Virus record (IMG/VR): IMGVR_UViG_3300006919_000045
Span: 8,515 to 72,514 of that record
Source: a virus
DNA length: 64,000 nt
Direction: 5' to 3' (one strand)
Shown here: piece after piece, positions 1 through 10,300 of the stretch
Numbering within the stretch: position 1 is the first letter of the stretch
How the letters are laid out: every line of letters starts with the position of its first letter
Notes under the pieces: model-generated
Told to the model about the DNA's origin: nothing
What the model saw: only the letters and a program-made list of their open reading frames with translations
Databases searched by the model: none
Made by a program: the position numbers and the translations under genes

Positions 1-1096
1 AAGCTCCGATTCGACCCCTTTGAATACCCAGAAGACTTATATCATTTTCAAACGGAGCAGAGCCGCCGTTTGCTACAAGGAATGGGCCTCTACTAGATGA
101 TGCTGTAGCTGAAAATATACCTGCGCTTCCTCCGGTGATTCCATCAGGTTTACCATTTGCAGTTTTATCTCCGCCAAAATCCATATGAACTCGCGTAGAG
201 TCAAAAGTAGGATGCATTAATGCAGCAGTATTTAATCCAAGATCTGTTCTTTCTTCTGACTTATTTTTTAGGCGTCCAACATACTCTACATCTAAGAATA
301 GAGTACCAGATGCACCAGCAGCGATTTGAGCAGCAATTGCAGTATTATTTTTAACAAGAGTTGCAGGATTAGTGCCTTTTGCATTACCAAGCACGGCATC
401 CAGCTTAATTGTAACCGCACCTGATAAAGTATTTCCATTTGCATCTTTACCACTAATAATTTCTTTTATGGTAAGCATACTGTCCGTTGGCTCTACTAGA
501 GTGCCTCCTGCTGAGGTTCTTAATCCAACTACTCGAAGAGCATCTCCACCACGAAGAGTTCTAAAAGTTTTAATTTGATTGCTATTTGCACTTGTGCTAT
601 TAATAACAAAATAGCCTATACCGCCTACTTCTTGATAAACGGCGCCTCCTCCTGTAATAGCTGTTAAGTTAAGATCTTGTTCAATAGCATAATCTGTAGC
701 AAGACTAGAATCTTTCATAAGCTGAACTCGACGGCCTCGCTCATTTTGCAGCATTCTATCAAAAGTTGCTGCTTCAGATGCTTTTTTCAGATCAAGAGTG
801 CCAAAAGTTCTATCTTCATATAGATTTTGAACACTGTTGCTATCTCGAGTAGATGTAGTGGTATGAGTACCATTCTGACCTGCAGCACCCACTCCGATGC
901 CCATATGACTCATCATGCGTGGCATAATATGAGCTCCCGCCTTATCTTGATTATCATCAATCATGCGGCCAATCATATGTGCAATACCATAATCAGTTAC
1001 TTTATTGCGAATTGTTTTATGTTGCTTCACCTTGCCGTCCTTATCTCGAAGAACGAGGTTTACAACCCCCTTTAATCGACAATCGTCTTTATACAT
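1..1096 (-). CDS. Tail fibre/baseplate-associated structural protein (partial, runs off window start)
   Basis: Open frame from ATG at 1096 (RBS AGGAG upstream) to the window edge; N-terminus MYKDDCRLKGVVNLVLRDKDGKVKQHKTIRNKVT...MSHMGIG resembles phage tail-collar/fibre attachment domains; end of tail module. Confidence 0.6.
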   Translation of the reverse strand, partial: MYKDDCRLKGVVNLVLRDKDGKVKQHKTIRNKVTDYGIAHMIGRMIDDNQDKAGAHIMPRMMSHMGIGVGAAGQNGTHTTTSTRDSNSVQNLYEDRTFGTLDLKKASEAATFDRMLQNERGRRVQLMKDSSLATDYAIEQDLNLTAITGGGAVYQEVGGIGYFVINSTSANSNQIKTFRTLRGGDALRVVGLRTSAGGTLVEPTDSMLTIKEIISGKDANGNTLSGAVTIKLDAVLGNAKGTNPATLVKNNTAIAAQIAAGASGTLFLDVEYVGRLKNKSEERTDLGLNTAALMHPTFDSTRVHMDFGGDKTANGKPDGITGGSAGIFSATASSSRGPFLVANGGSAPFENDISLLGIQRGRIGA

Positions 1097-1107
1097 TTAA
1101 TTTCTCC

Positions 1108-3357
1108 TTAGAATTGGCTTGCTAAGCCAGGCGCACCTGGCGCAGCAGGTGAATCAGAAACATATGCTTCTAAATAGTATGGGCCGCTCAGATACTCTTT
1201 GTCCCTGTTCCAAGCGGACCCTTTCATACTCGTAGATGCTGTATCCACGTGTAATTCTTTCATAAATTTGTTTAGATTCTGAACATTTATATCTATATCA
1301 GTATCTAAACGGTTAACTAATCCTTTTCGCACTGTTAGTGCTGCTATAGTGCTGTTTTCTAATAAACCGTCTTTTATTCCTTTAGCAAGAATAATTGATT
1401 GACTTGCTTCAGCACTGTTTGTAATATCGTTTCTAGCAAAGAATTTTCGTATTCTTTCTATAAAACTAACATCTACAACTAAATTTTTGTTTGAGTGAGC
1501 AGTAGAACTTTCTTCTGTTTGTGCATTATCGAAAGTAATACCTTCACTTAAAACTCTATGCAATTCTTCATAATTTTTTGTGCTAACAGAGTTTTTCAGG
1601 TCTGCAAAAGTTTTTTTCCGTACAGTAGATTTTGTGTCTATAAACTGAAATAATTTTCTTCCAAATTTATAGAAATGTATTTCACTAATTGCTTTTATTG
1701 TATCCCTTAAAAGCTCGTCCGGAACTCTACTTTTAGATACTATAAGCTCATTTAGTTGACTTTCAGATTCTAATACTTTACTAAACAAATTTCGGTTAAA
1801 TACTTCTGAAGCTATAAAGTCTTTTGGATCTGCAATTCTTCTTAAATCTATATCAAAAGAAGTTTCTACTATATTTTTAAAAATTTCTTGTGACTTACCT
1901 ACATAAATTGCTTCATTAGATACATTTGCTTTAGTAGTAAGATTCCTTTTTGGACTAAAACTAAGTAAATTTTTAAGTAATACCTCATCAATTTCGGGTA
2001 AAATTACTTTTAACTGGGTAAACATATTTGTTTTTAATGTTTGTTCAAATATATCTGCCTTTGCAGCTATAGTTTCATCTAAAATACCTACTTTATTTGA
2101 TTTTATTAAAGAAACTATAAAGTCTCTAAAACTTTCTAAAACAACGTCTTCTTTAAGATTTTTATCTAATTTTTTACGTTGCTCTAAATTAAGCTGTATT
2201 AGTTCTTCTGCTATTCTTGCTCGAGCTACTAAATCTGTATCTGTTATTAATACTTTATAAAAGTTAAAGCCTTTAAAAGTCTTAAAGAATCTATCCATCG
2301 AAGTTTCAGCTAGATTACTATTGTGGACTCCTTTAAATACATCTCGCCCATCAAAATCTTCTATGCCTATTGACTCTTCTGCTACCCTTGCTTTAGGAGT
2401 TAGTGCTGATTCTTTTGTAAATAATCTTTCATTAAAGCCTTTGCCAATTAAAAAAGCAGGATCAAACTCTTCTACGAATGCCTCATCTAGCTTTCCTAAT
2501 CCTCGAAAGAATCTAATATCTGTTGCATTTGCTTTAACTTTATCTCGTTCAATTCTAGCTCTTGCAGGAATTACTAATTGTCTTGTATGTATTCTTTCTC
2601 TAAACGCTTTTGTTCTATTAAGTATTTCTACAAATATTTCTGTTTGTGCAGAACTTAATGTTCCGCCCTTCCCGGGCTTTTGAGTATTACTATCCTGTAA
2701 AGTTAGTGTATCTCGTATTAAATTGTGCTTTCCGCTAAATAAATTAGTATTATTTACATGTACAAGCTGTTTAAACTCGCGTCTTACTTGTAAAAAGGTT
2801 TCTATTTCTTCTATTACTTCTACATCAAAATCAAAAGATCGTCGAGTAAATAATTGTAATAAAGTTTTTATACTTGCAGCATTTAAAAACTCTTTATCTA
2901 AAGTTAAATCTTGGAGTACATCAGCTACAGATACATTCTGAAAATTTAGTACTTGTTTTGCGTAAAGAGTTTCTGCTTCTGCATTTATAAGTATTCGGTC
3001 TCGCATTCCTTGGAAACCGCGTTTTAATTCTGTTACTACTTCATCAATAGTAGTTAATAATTCTACCGGATTTTCTTTTGAGATCCTAAGTATTTGTGAA
3101 AGGTCTATTACATCTAATTCTTCTGTAGGTATAATCTCTTGACGAGTCACAAACATATCCAAACGTAAATCTAAAAAATTTGGAGTATCTGAATCAAACG
3201 AAAAAAGTACTGGCTGATCTGGACTTAAAACATCTTGTACCAAAGGCTCAGCATTTCTTTCTGCAGAATTTAGTCTAGGAGCATTATCTATTGCTTCTGC
3301 TATTTCTGGGTCTGATAATAATTTTGCAATTGAAAATTTTAATTTAAAATCAGACAT
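1108..3357 (-). CDS. 749-aa uncharacterised virion (tail) protein with quasi-repetitive sequence
   Basis: Long ORF between collar-like and fibre-like genes; C-terminal YLSGPYYLEAYV motif. Confidence 0.55.
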   Translation of the reverse strand: MSDFKLKFSIAKLLSDPEIAEAIDNAPRLNSAERNAEPLVQDVLSPDQPVLFSFDSDTPNFLDLRLDMFVTRQEIIPTEELDVIDLSQILRISKENPVELLTTIDEVVTELKRGFQGMRDRILINAEAETLYAKQVLNFQNVSVADVLQDLTLDKEFLNAASIKTLLQLFTRRSFDFDVEVIEEIETFLQVRREFKQLVHVNNTNLFSGKHNLIRDTLTLQDSNTQKPGKGGTLSSAQTEIFVEILNRTKAFRERIHTRQLVIPARARIERDKVKANATDIRFFRGLGKLDEAFVEEFDPAFLIGKGFNERLFTKESALTPKARVAEESIGIEDFDGRDVFKGVHNSNLAETSMDRFFKTFKGFNFYKVLITDTDLVARARIAEELIQLNLEQRKKLDKNLKEDVVLESFRDFIVSLIKSNKVGILDETIAAKADIFEQTLKTNMFTQLKVILPEIDEVLLKNLLSFSPKRNLTTKANVSNEAIYVGKSQEIFKNIVETSFDIDLRRIADPKDFIASEVFNRNLFSKVLESESQLNELIVSKSRVPDELLRDTIKAISEIHFYKFGRKLFQFIDTKSTVRKKTFADLKNSVSTKNYEELHRVLSEGITFDNAQTEESSTAHSNKNLVVDVSFIERIRKFFARNDITNSAEASQSIILAKGIKDGLLENSTIAALTVRKGLVNRLDTDIDINVQNLNKFMKELHVDTASTSMKGSAWNRDKEYLSGPYYLEAYVSDSPAAPGAPGLASQF

Positions 3358-3361
3358 TTAT

Positions 3362-3538
3362 TTAAGTTGTGCCTACCACCGTTACTGTTGCAAGTAGAGG
3401 AGTGTCTGAGGACTTTTTAAAAAATACTGGGACACTAATACTACTAGTATTAAGGATAGGGCCGTTTGTATAATATTTGCCACGTTCAGGAACATTAAAT
3501 AGCTTAACAGGCTCTCTATATACTAAACTTTTTTTCAT
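3362..3538 (-). CDS. Small hypothetical protein (58 aa)
   Basis: ATG 3538 to TAA 3362 fills the gap between neighbouring genes (MKKSLVYREPVKLFNVPE...). Confidence 0.5.
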   Translation of the reverse strand: MKKSLVYREPVKLFNVPERGKYYTNGPILNTSSISVPVFFKKSSDTPLLATVTVVGTT

Positions 3539-3539
3539 T

Positions 3540-3872
3540 TTAGAAATCTTCTCGAACTTTAAAGTCTATTAGCTCAAATACACTCATAGTAGTATTATCT
3601 GTCAGAGTAAATGTAATTTCTCCCTCATAAAATCCCTCCACTGTATTATTATCAGTCAAGAAAGAAGACAAAGGAAATACTAATGTTCCTGTAGCAAGAT
3701 TAGATGCAGCTGCATTAAGGGAAATCGTTGAGATTACTACTGTAGTTCCTTTTTTACGTATCTTTAAGATACAGTTACTCGTCCCTACAAAAGCTCCTCC
3801 AGTATCTGAGCGAGTCACAGTTGCTCTAAGGTTTGGGCCTGTATCGCCTTTTACTACTTGAATTATATCCAT
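3540..3872 (-). CDS. Collar/upper-baseplate protein (T5 p132/BppU-like)
   Basis: VVKGDTGPNLRATVT...GFYEGEITFT...FKVREDF pattern typical of BppU N-terminal-like domains; position in tail tip module. Confidence 0.65.
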   Translation of the reverse strand: MDIIQVVKGDTGPNLRATVTRSDTGGAFVGTSNCILKIRKKGTTVVISTISLNAAASNLATGTLVFPLSSFLTDNNTVEGFYEGEITFTLTDNTTMSVFELIDFKVREDF

Positions 3873-3920
3873 TGAGGTTTAACTTACTCACGAGGAGGCT
3901 TTTATATTTAATTAAAAATG

Positions 3921-3949
3921 ATTATAACAATACAGACATAAAATGTCAA
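3921..3949 (-). promoter_or_regulatory. sigma70 promoter
   Basis: TTGACA-17-TATAAT with TG extension on the minus strand. Confidence 0.8.
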
Positions 3950-3971
3950 GATTTATTTTTGGGGGGTATGA

Positions 3972-4370
3972 TTACCAAGGTAAAACTGCAGGTACAGTAG
4001 CAGTTCTTATTTCGGCTAACTCAGCTTCTACTATCATTTCTACATGGGCTTTAGGATCCGCATTTGGGAAATTGTCATATGCGTCTATAGTAGGGTACCC
4101 CAAGTCGTCAAGTTCTATTGTCTGGTGTTCCTCGGCGTTAGAATCCGAATCCACGTTATGCGCCCATCCTAATACTATTTCTTCGGTTAAACTTTCATAA
4201 GGAATAAAATTTGCTGAAGTAGGATCGGGCTCAAAAGTTAGTACATAAGCAAAATCTGCTACCTGATCTACTCCATGTATAGTTTCTGCTTTAGAGCAGT
4301 AAATATGAGCACTATAAACTCCACCCTCAGAATCTTTTAGCATTCCTGTTACTTTCCAATTAAAAGACAT
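3972..4370 (-). CDS. Tail-fibre-associated small protein
   Basis: FIPYESLTEEIVLGW and terminal LPW motifs are common in phage tail-associated proteins. Confidence 0.55.
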   Translation of the reverse strand: MSFNWKVTGMLKDSEGGVYSAHIYCSKAETIHGVDQVADFAYVLTFEPDPTSANFIPYESLTEEIVLGWAHNVDSDSNAEEHQTIELDDLGYPTIDAYDNFPNADPKAHVEMIVEAELAEIRTATVPAVLPW

Positions 4371-4381
4371 ATTTTCTCTCC

Positions 4382-7300
4382 TTATACTGAATAGCCAAAA
4401 GTTCCCCCTACAAAACGCACGGCTAATGAAATACTACTGCCGCCAGCTGCATTAGTGCTAGTATGAACACTATTAGTTGTATGATGTACAATAGTCGTTT
4501 TTGCAGTTAATTCAACTGGAGACGTATGAACTCTTTTTGGCAGTCTAAAGTTTATGGGCATTACACAAACTCCAGGCCCAGAAGCTTTATAAATACCTCC
4601 TATTCTGGCTCGCATAGAGACCTGTGCTATGCTAGGAGTGCCAGATAAACTAGTGTTATAGATACTAGGCCAATTTTCCCAAATCATGTAACTAGGACTA
4701 AAAGTACCTTTAAGATTGGCTCTATTGTTTGAACTAAGACTATTATTACTATAAAAGTAGACTCGAGTACGCTCCGAACTATTACTGCCTAGAGCCCCTG
4801 TAGGATAATACTCCAAACCAACTATAGGAGAGTAGCCTCCTGTACCTCCATGTTTATAAAGTAAGCCCCCAATATTTAGTTCATCCATTTTATCTCCATT
4901 TATCTCTAAATACTTAAGCGCGGAACCAGCGAAAGGGGACACTGGAGTATTTGAAACGAAAGTATAACCATTAAAGTTTTGTCTGTACATAGTACCTGAT
5001 GCTGCTCCCGATACTGTTCCTGATTTTAAGAAAATTTCAGTATATGCACGAATAATATATTGACTACTGCTTTCTAAAACTACGTGCATATTTCCAAAAA
5101 GCGATCTCGCAACATTTGCAGAAACTCCATTCAGAGTTACACCATTATCTTTAGGGGCTGGTACGGTAAAGTGAAAAATACTAGTACTAGCTTGAGTAAA
5201 ATTACCTGCAATACCTGCTTGTTGATCTCCAAAAGAAAGCGTATAAGTTTCAGTAACATCACCCGAGAAGTTTCCAGCTCGAATTGAACCTGCGCTTATA
5301 TTTCCTCCATCAATTATTGTTTGAGTGACTCCGGAGGTACCATTTACTTCATTTGCTGTAAGTGGGTCAATAGTAACACTACCATCAGTTAATTGAGTTC
5401 CTGAGCTAAAAGTAACTACTCCAGTGAAATTAGTATGTTTAACAACAGTTGAGTAACTTACGCCTATTGAAGTAGCTCCTGAGGAACTTTCTGTTCCATA
5501 ATATCGAACAGTCCATACTGTTTCTAGTGCGGCTGCATTTGTTGTTTGAGGTGAATTTTGCCATACATTATCTAGAGGTGTTGTTCCAGTATTAATATCT
5601 GGAGGACTTACAGGAAAAGTAGCACTTACAATTCCTGTTGAAAAAGTATATGTATTACCATTAGGAGCGGATGGAGCGATGGCATGATTAGGTCCTGTTT
5701 TTCTATAGTACAGGTATCCTTGAATAGTTCTTGGGCCCGAAGCCCCTTGCTCTTGTTCCAAAATAGGTACTGTTTCGGTATCTATAACAACACTGTTTTT
5801 GATTAGCTCAAATTTAATTGAACTAGCAGAACCATAATTAGCAGACGAGGTAAGAGTCATATTACCATTACTGCTAGTGGCATGGGCGCTGGTCGCTGAA
5901 TTTAGATACGCCTTTATAATTACTTCGTTTGCAGGCAAAGGTGACTGTGTTACAGTAGTTCCTGCTGTTTTAATTGTTGAAACATTTAGAGTAGTAAAAT
6001 CAAAAGTTGCAGAACCAGTAGCGGGTATTGTCTTTTTGATTACTGAAGGAACTATATTCAAACTATATACGACTGCATCGTCTCCATCTGTTTTCACTGC
6101 ATATCGTGCCGCAGCCCCAAAAGTAACGGTTGGGGTGCCTCTAGGGGTGCCTGTAGCTAATCCTACAGCCACGTATATTTGGTCGCCATCGTTTACTAGA
6201 CTTGGAGGATCCTTGTTCCAGCTAGCGTCATTAATAGTAAGAGTACTGGTTCTAAAGTTATATGTTGATGACGTAGGAGGAGTTGGTATATTGTTTCCAG
6301 TAATAACATTAGAGTAAACATAAACTTCTGCTACTGAATCACCATCAACTCTATAGGGAGTACTCCAGACAAAATTAGTTGCTCCTGAAGCTTTTGTACC
6401 TCTCGAAGCATATAAAGGGTCTCCTTGGTCTGCAGGAGGATTATCATACCATCCAATACTATTATTAGGACTAGCAGAGTTTGCAGGTGTGCCCGGTGGA
6501 GGGTTTGCTGCAGAGAATCTACCAAATATAATGTTTACAGACTCTCCCTCGGCTCCCGACGCTCCCGCATTAATTTTAGTTATAGTAAATGTTTTAGTTA
6601 AAGTAGTGCCTAGATAGCTAGCACTAATAGTAACTGTTGCTTCTGTTAGTGCTGCGGACATGGAAGTGATCTGAAGAATTTTTGTAGTACCATTCCAGCT
6701 AAATCCTAGTCCTGAATTACTTGCCACAGGAGTAGCAAAAGTCCAATTATTTGTTACATTTGTTGCACCTTCATAAATAGCAACAGCAGTGTTTGCACCA
6801 GGAAAATTACTATTAACAACATTTCCAAATCTATCTGCTGTAACACTGTGATTTTCATTTGTTAAATCCATTCGCGGAGTACCAGGGCCATCTGGACCTA
6901 CAGCGCCGTCCTCTCGCCTAGCTACAATTACTGGAGGTGACCAAGCTGCATCTTGAGGAGAAAGACCATCTGTTGTAAAGACTCTTTCTACCATAAAGAT
7001 TACATCTAGATTTTGAGTAAGATCTTGCTGTGTTGTTGACCATCCCGAAATACCATTTGTAGGATTTGCAAATGTTTGCTGAGCAGGATTTGTAATACCT
7101 GTTATAACATTGACATTATTTAATTTTTTAAATAGTTTTACTGTTTTTTGAGTTTGTGGCTGTTGAACGGCCACCAATGTAAGTGTTTCTTCTATTTTTG
7201 TGCCACCAGCCGCACCTTCCTGAATTTCAACCTTTATGTCTTTTACACCGGTAAAGATAGTTGATGGCACAGTTATATTAAAAGTTTTTTGAGAACCACT

Positions 7301-10300
7301 TGCAGGGGCAGTAAACGAGGGTTCTGCTGCCCCGTCAAATGTAAACTTAAACCTTGGATCTAAAAAGTTAAAAGCTGTTGCAGTATATGTAAAAGTACTT
7401 CCAGACAACAGATCCCCTGCAGCATCATAGTTTGCTGTTTGAGGCCCAAAAAAGTCTACACTATAAGATCTATTATCTAGAGCGGTAGCACTAACTCCAG
7501 GTTCATTTCTTCCGGGATGAAAACCTGAAAATTGTTTTACTCCGGCTGCTCCCTTATTAGAAGGCAGCCTATATCGAATCCAGTAATAATATGTAAGATC
7601 AGGATCAAGATTTGCATCATCCGTCGTAGTATTTACAGAAGATGTTTTATGTGCTTTTTCTACATCATTTTCTGTGCCAAAAGTAGGAAAAGAAGTACTA
7701 AAACTAGAATTACTACTTCTCCAAACTTCTACTATGTGAGTTTCTTGACTAAAGTTAACTACATTATTCCAATTGAGACGTATTCCATCAGTAGTTCCTA
7801 CTGCAGTAAGTCCAGTTGGGGTAATAGGGTTAACCACGGGGAATCCTGGACCTTCTGGATAAATAGATTCTACTAGATCAGAAGGAAGAGCTTCAAGTAC
7901 ATAGGCATCGTCATTATGTTCAATAACTGTAAAATCTACTAATAAGTCGTCTCTGGGGCTCATTGATTGTATGCGAAAGAGTTTACTTGCCCAGTTGAAT
8001 CTTTCGTAAGTAATAGCTATAATATTACCCGGAAGCAGCACATAAGTTTCGGGAGAGCCGGTAAAAGTAGCAGTAAGGCCAGAACGAGATTCATCAAGCA
8101 TTTGCTTGATGTTCATTCGATTGTTAAAGTAATTTGTAATTCCTGGGGCTTTATACTGCCCTTGACGAGAAATTCCTTTATCTTGTTTTTTGTAGTCTGA
8201 ATTATAGTATGTTATATTTTTAGAGTTAAATCCATTTTGTGGATCAATATAGCCAGTAGTAACAGAATTATATGTTTTACTGAGTCCCTTATCAGTTATT
8301 TTTATATCACCAATAATTCTATCCGTAGTTATTTGTTCAAGAGAACTAATAGTAGTGGGCGCTTTAGTTTTTAAATCTAGCTCGTATTTTCCATTGGAAT
8401 ATCGAAGAATTCCATTAAATTGGGTAAGCATCTGATTTACATTATCAAAGAGAGGAGCACTCGTATCAAGAGTTTGATTCAGTTGATGGCGCGTAGCGTG
8501 TCGCTGAGTTCTTTCTTCCCAGCCTAAATATTTCCAGTATCTTACGTCACAAGAATCATACAAATCATAGCCAGAAGCAATTCTACCATCCCCAACCAAT
8601 TTTTTGACAATAGGATTTCCCGTACCTCCTGAGTGCACCTCAGTATCTAGATGCAGTTCCGTATCGCTATTTGTATTTGATGCGCCACTTACTTTTGTAA
8701 GATAAACCACCCCTCCTGTGGCACCTCCGCCCGTATATCCAGCACTTATGGTAGCTTGAGGTAGCGGAGTGGTTGGCTGTGATATGGTTTTAGGATAAGG
8801 ATCGTTGATGGTTCCGGGATCTACAATAAGGGCTTTTCCCTCTACTGTCCATACAATCTCTCCCCGGTGATACTTAGTGTAACTATACCACTTTCTTCCA
8901 AGTTTTCCAATTACATCTTTAAAAGTATACTGTTTATAACTTCTAGTTACTGTAGTTGTCGTATTTGTAGTTGGATTGTACTCTGCAACATCATATTGTA
9001 TTGTATCGGATATTTCTTCAAGAGTACCTCTAAAAAATACTTTACTACTTGTTTCAGGGAATCTATACTCGTATACATCTCCCACACTTATATGTGTAGG
9101 AGGTCGTATATGAGAACCAAGAACTGTTACGCGAGACTGCTGATCGCATGCTCGTGCAGTTTCTCGAAAAGACTCAATATTTAAAAGATCATCGGAGAGT
9201 CCTTTACCATATGTAGTGCTTCTTAAGTAGTCTAATAACTGTAACGCAGGGTTAATTGAAACTCTACGATCAGACTTATTGGGAACACCACTGCCTTCAT
9301 AACTTTTTCCTCCATAGGAATATTTTGAGGATCCTCCATGGTCTGTAGTATTTAAATGTTCCGTAAGTACTAATAAGTTAGCATTTCTAAGTGCAATATT
9401 AAGGTTTGTGCCACTTACTGCAGTTTCAGTATCACTGGGGTATGCAAGCCCTACTGTTTTATCTTCGACATTGTCTTTCTTAAAGGTAATAGTAGTTCCA
9501 TCTAGTGTATCTGCATGGGTAGTATCTATATCTGGAGCTGTTGAGTCTTGAACCAGAACTTGAAAAAACTGTAAAGTTGCAGTAACATTGGATGAATGTA
9601 TTTTTGTATCTACATTTTCTTGCTGAACGGGGTTTGCAGGGTCAGTATTATCGATTTGCCCCGCTCCTGGAGCATCTGTATTTACAGCATCAAATAGTTC
9701 GTCTAGTTGAGTATTAAACCCATTAAGTATTATTTTATCAGTGCTTACGTCATAAGCAGCGGCAAGTCCTGGCCAGCCACTCACAGTTGTAAAAGGACTT
9801 ACTTTTACAGTTGTTCCGTCTTGCAAAACTCCATTTACAACGGTACCACCTTTATGCTCTCGCTTTATCTGTAAGTCAATTGCTTGTGCAGCAGATGGCG
9901 TACCTTTTATTGCTTTTATAAGATTTCTTGCTAATGCGGGGGCAGCAGCTATATTTAGTGAAGGATCTCCAGAAAAATCGATTTCATATACGTATGAGTC
10001 ACCTGTTGGAAGAGAGTTCCCCACTGCAGCAAAATCAGCTTGTGTAAGCGGATTGCCGCTCCCCAAAGAGGCGGTGATTGCCGCTGCTTGAGCCGCCGTT
10101 ATCCCGTCTTTAAAAAGCGTAACTAAAGCTTCTGGAACATTTGTACCAAAAACATTTACCATGGCGCCCGTATCAATTCCAAATTCATTTGAAAACAGAG
10201 TATGGTCTATCTGTTTTCCACGAGTAACTGTTCGTTTTATAGAAATAGGAAAAGGTGCAAGAGGGTTGGGATCTTGCTGATGAATATATCCTTCACTAGT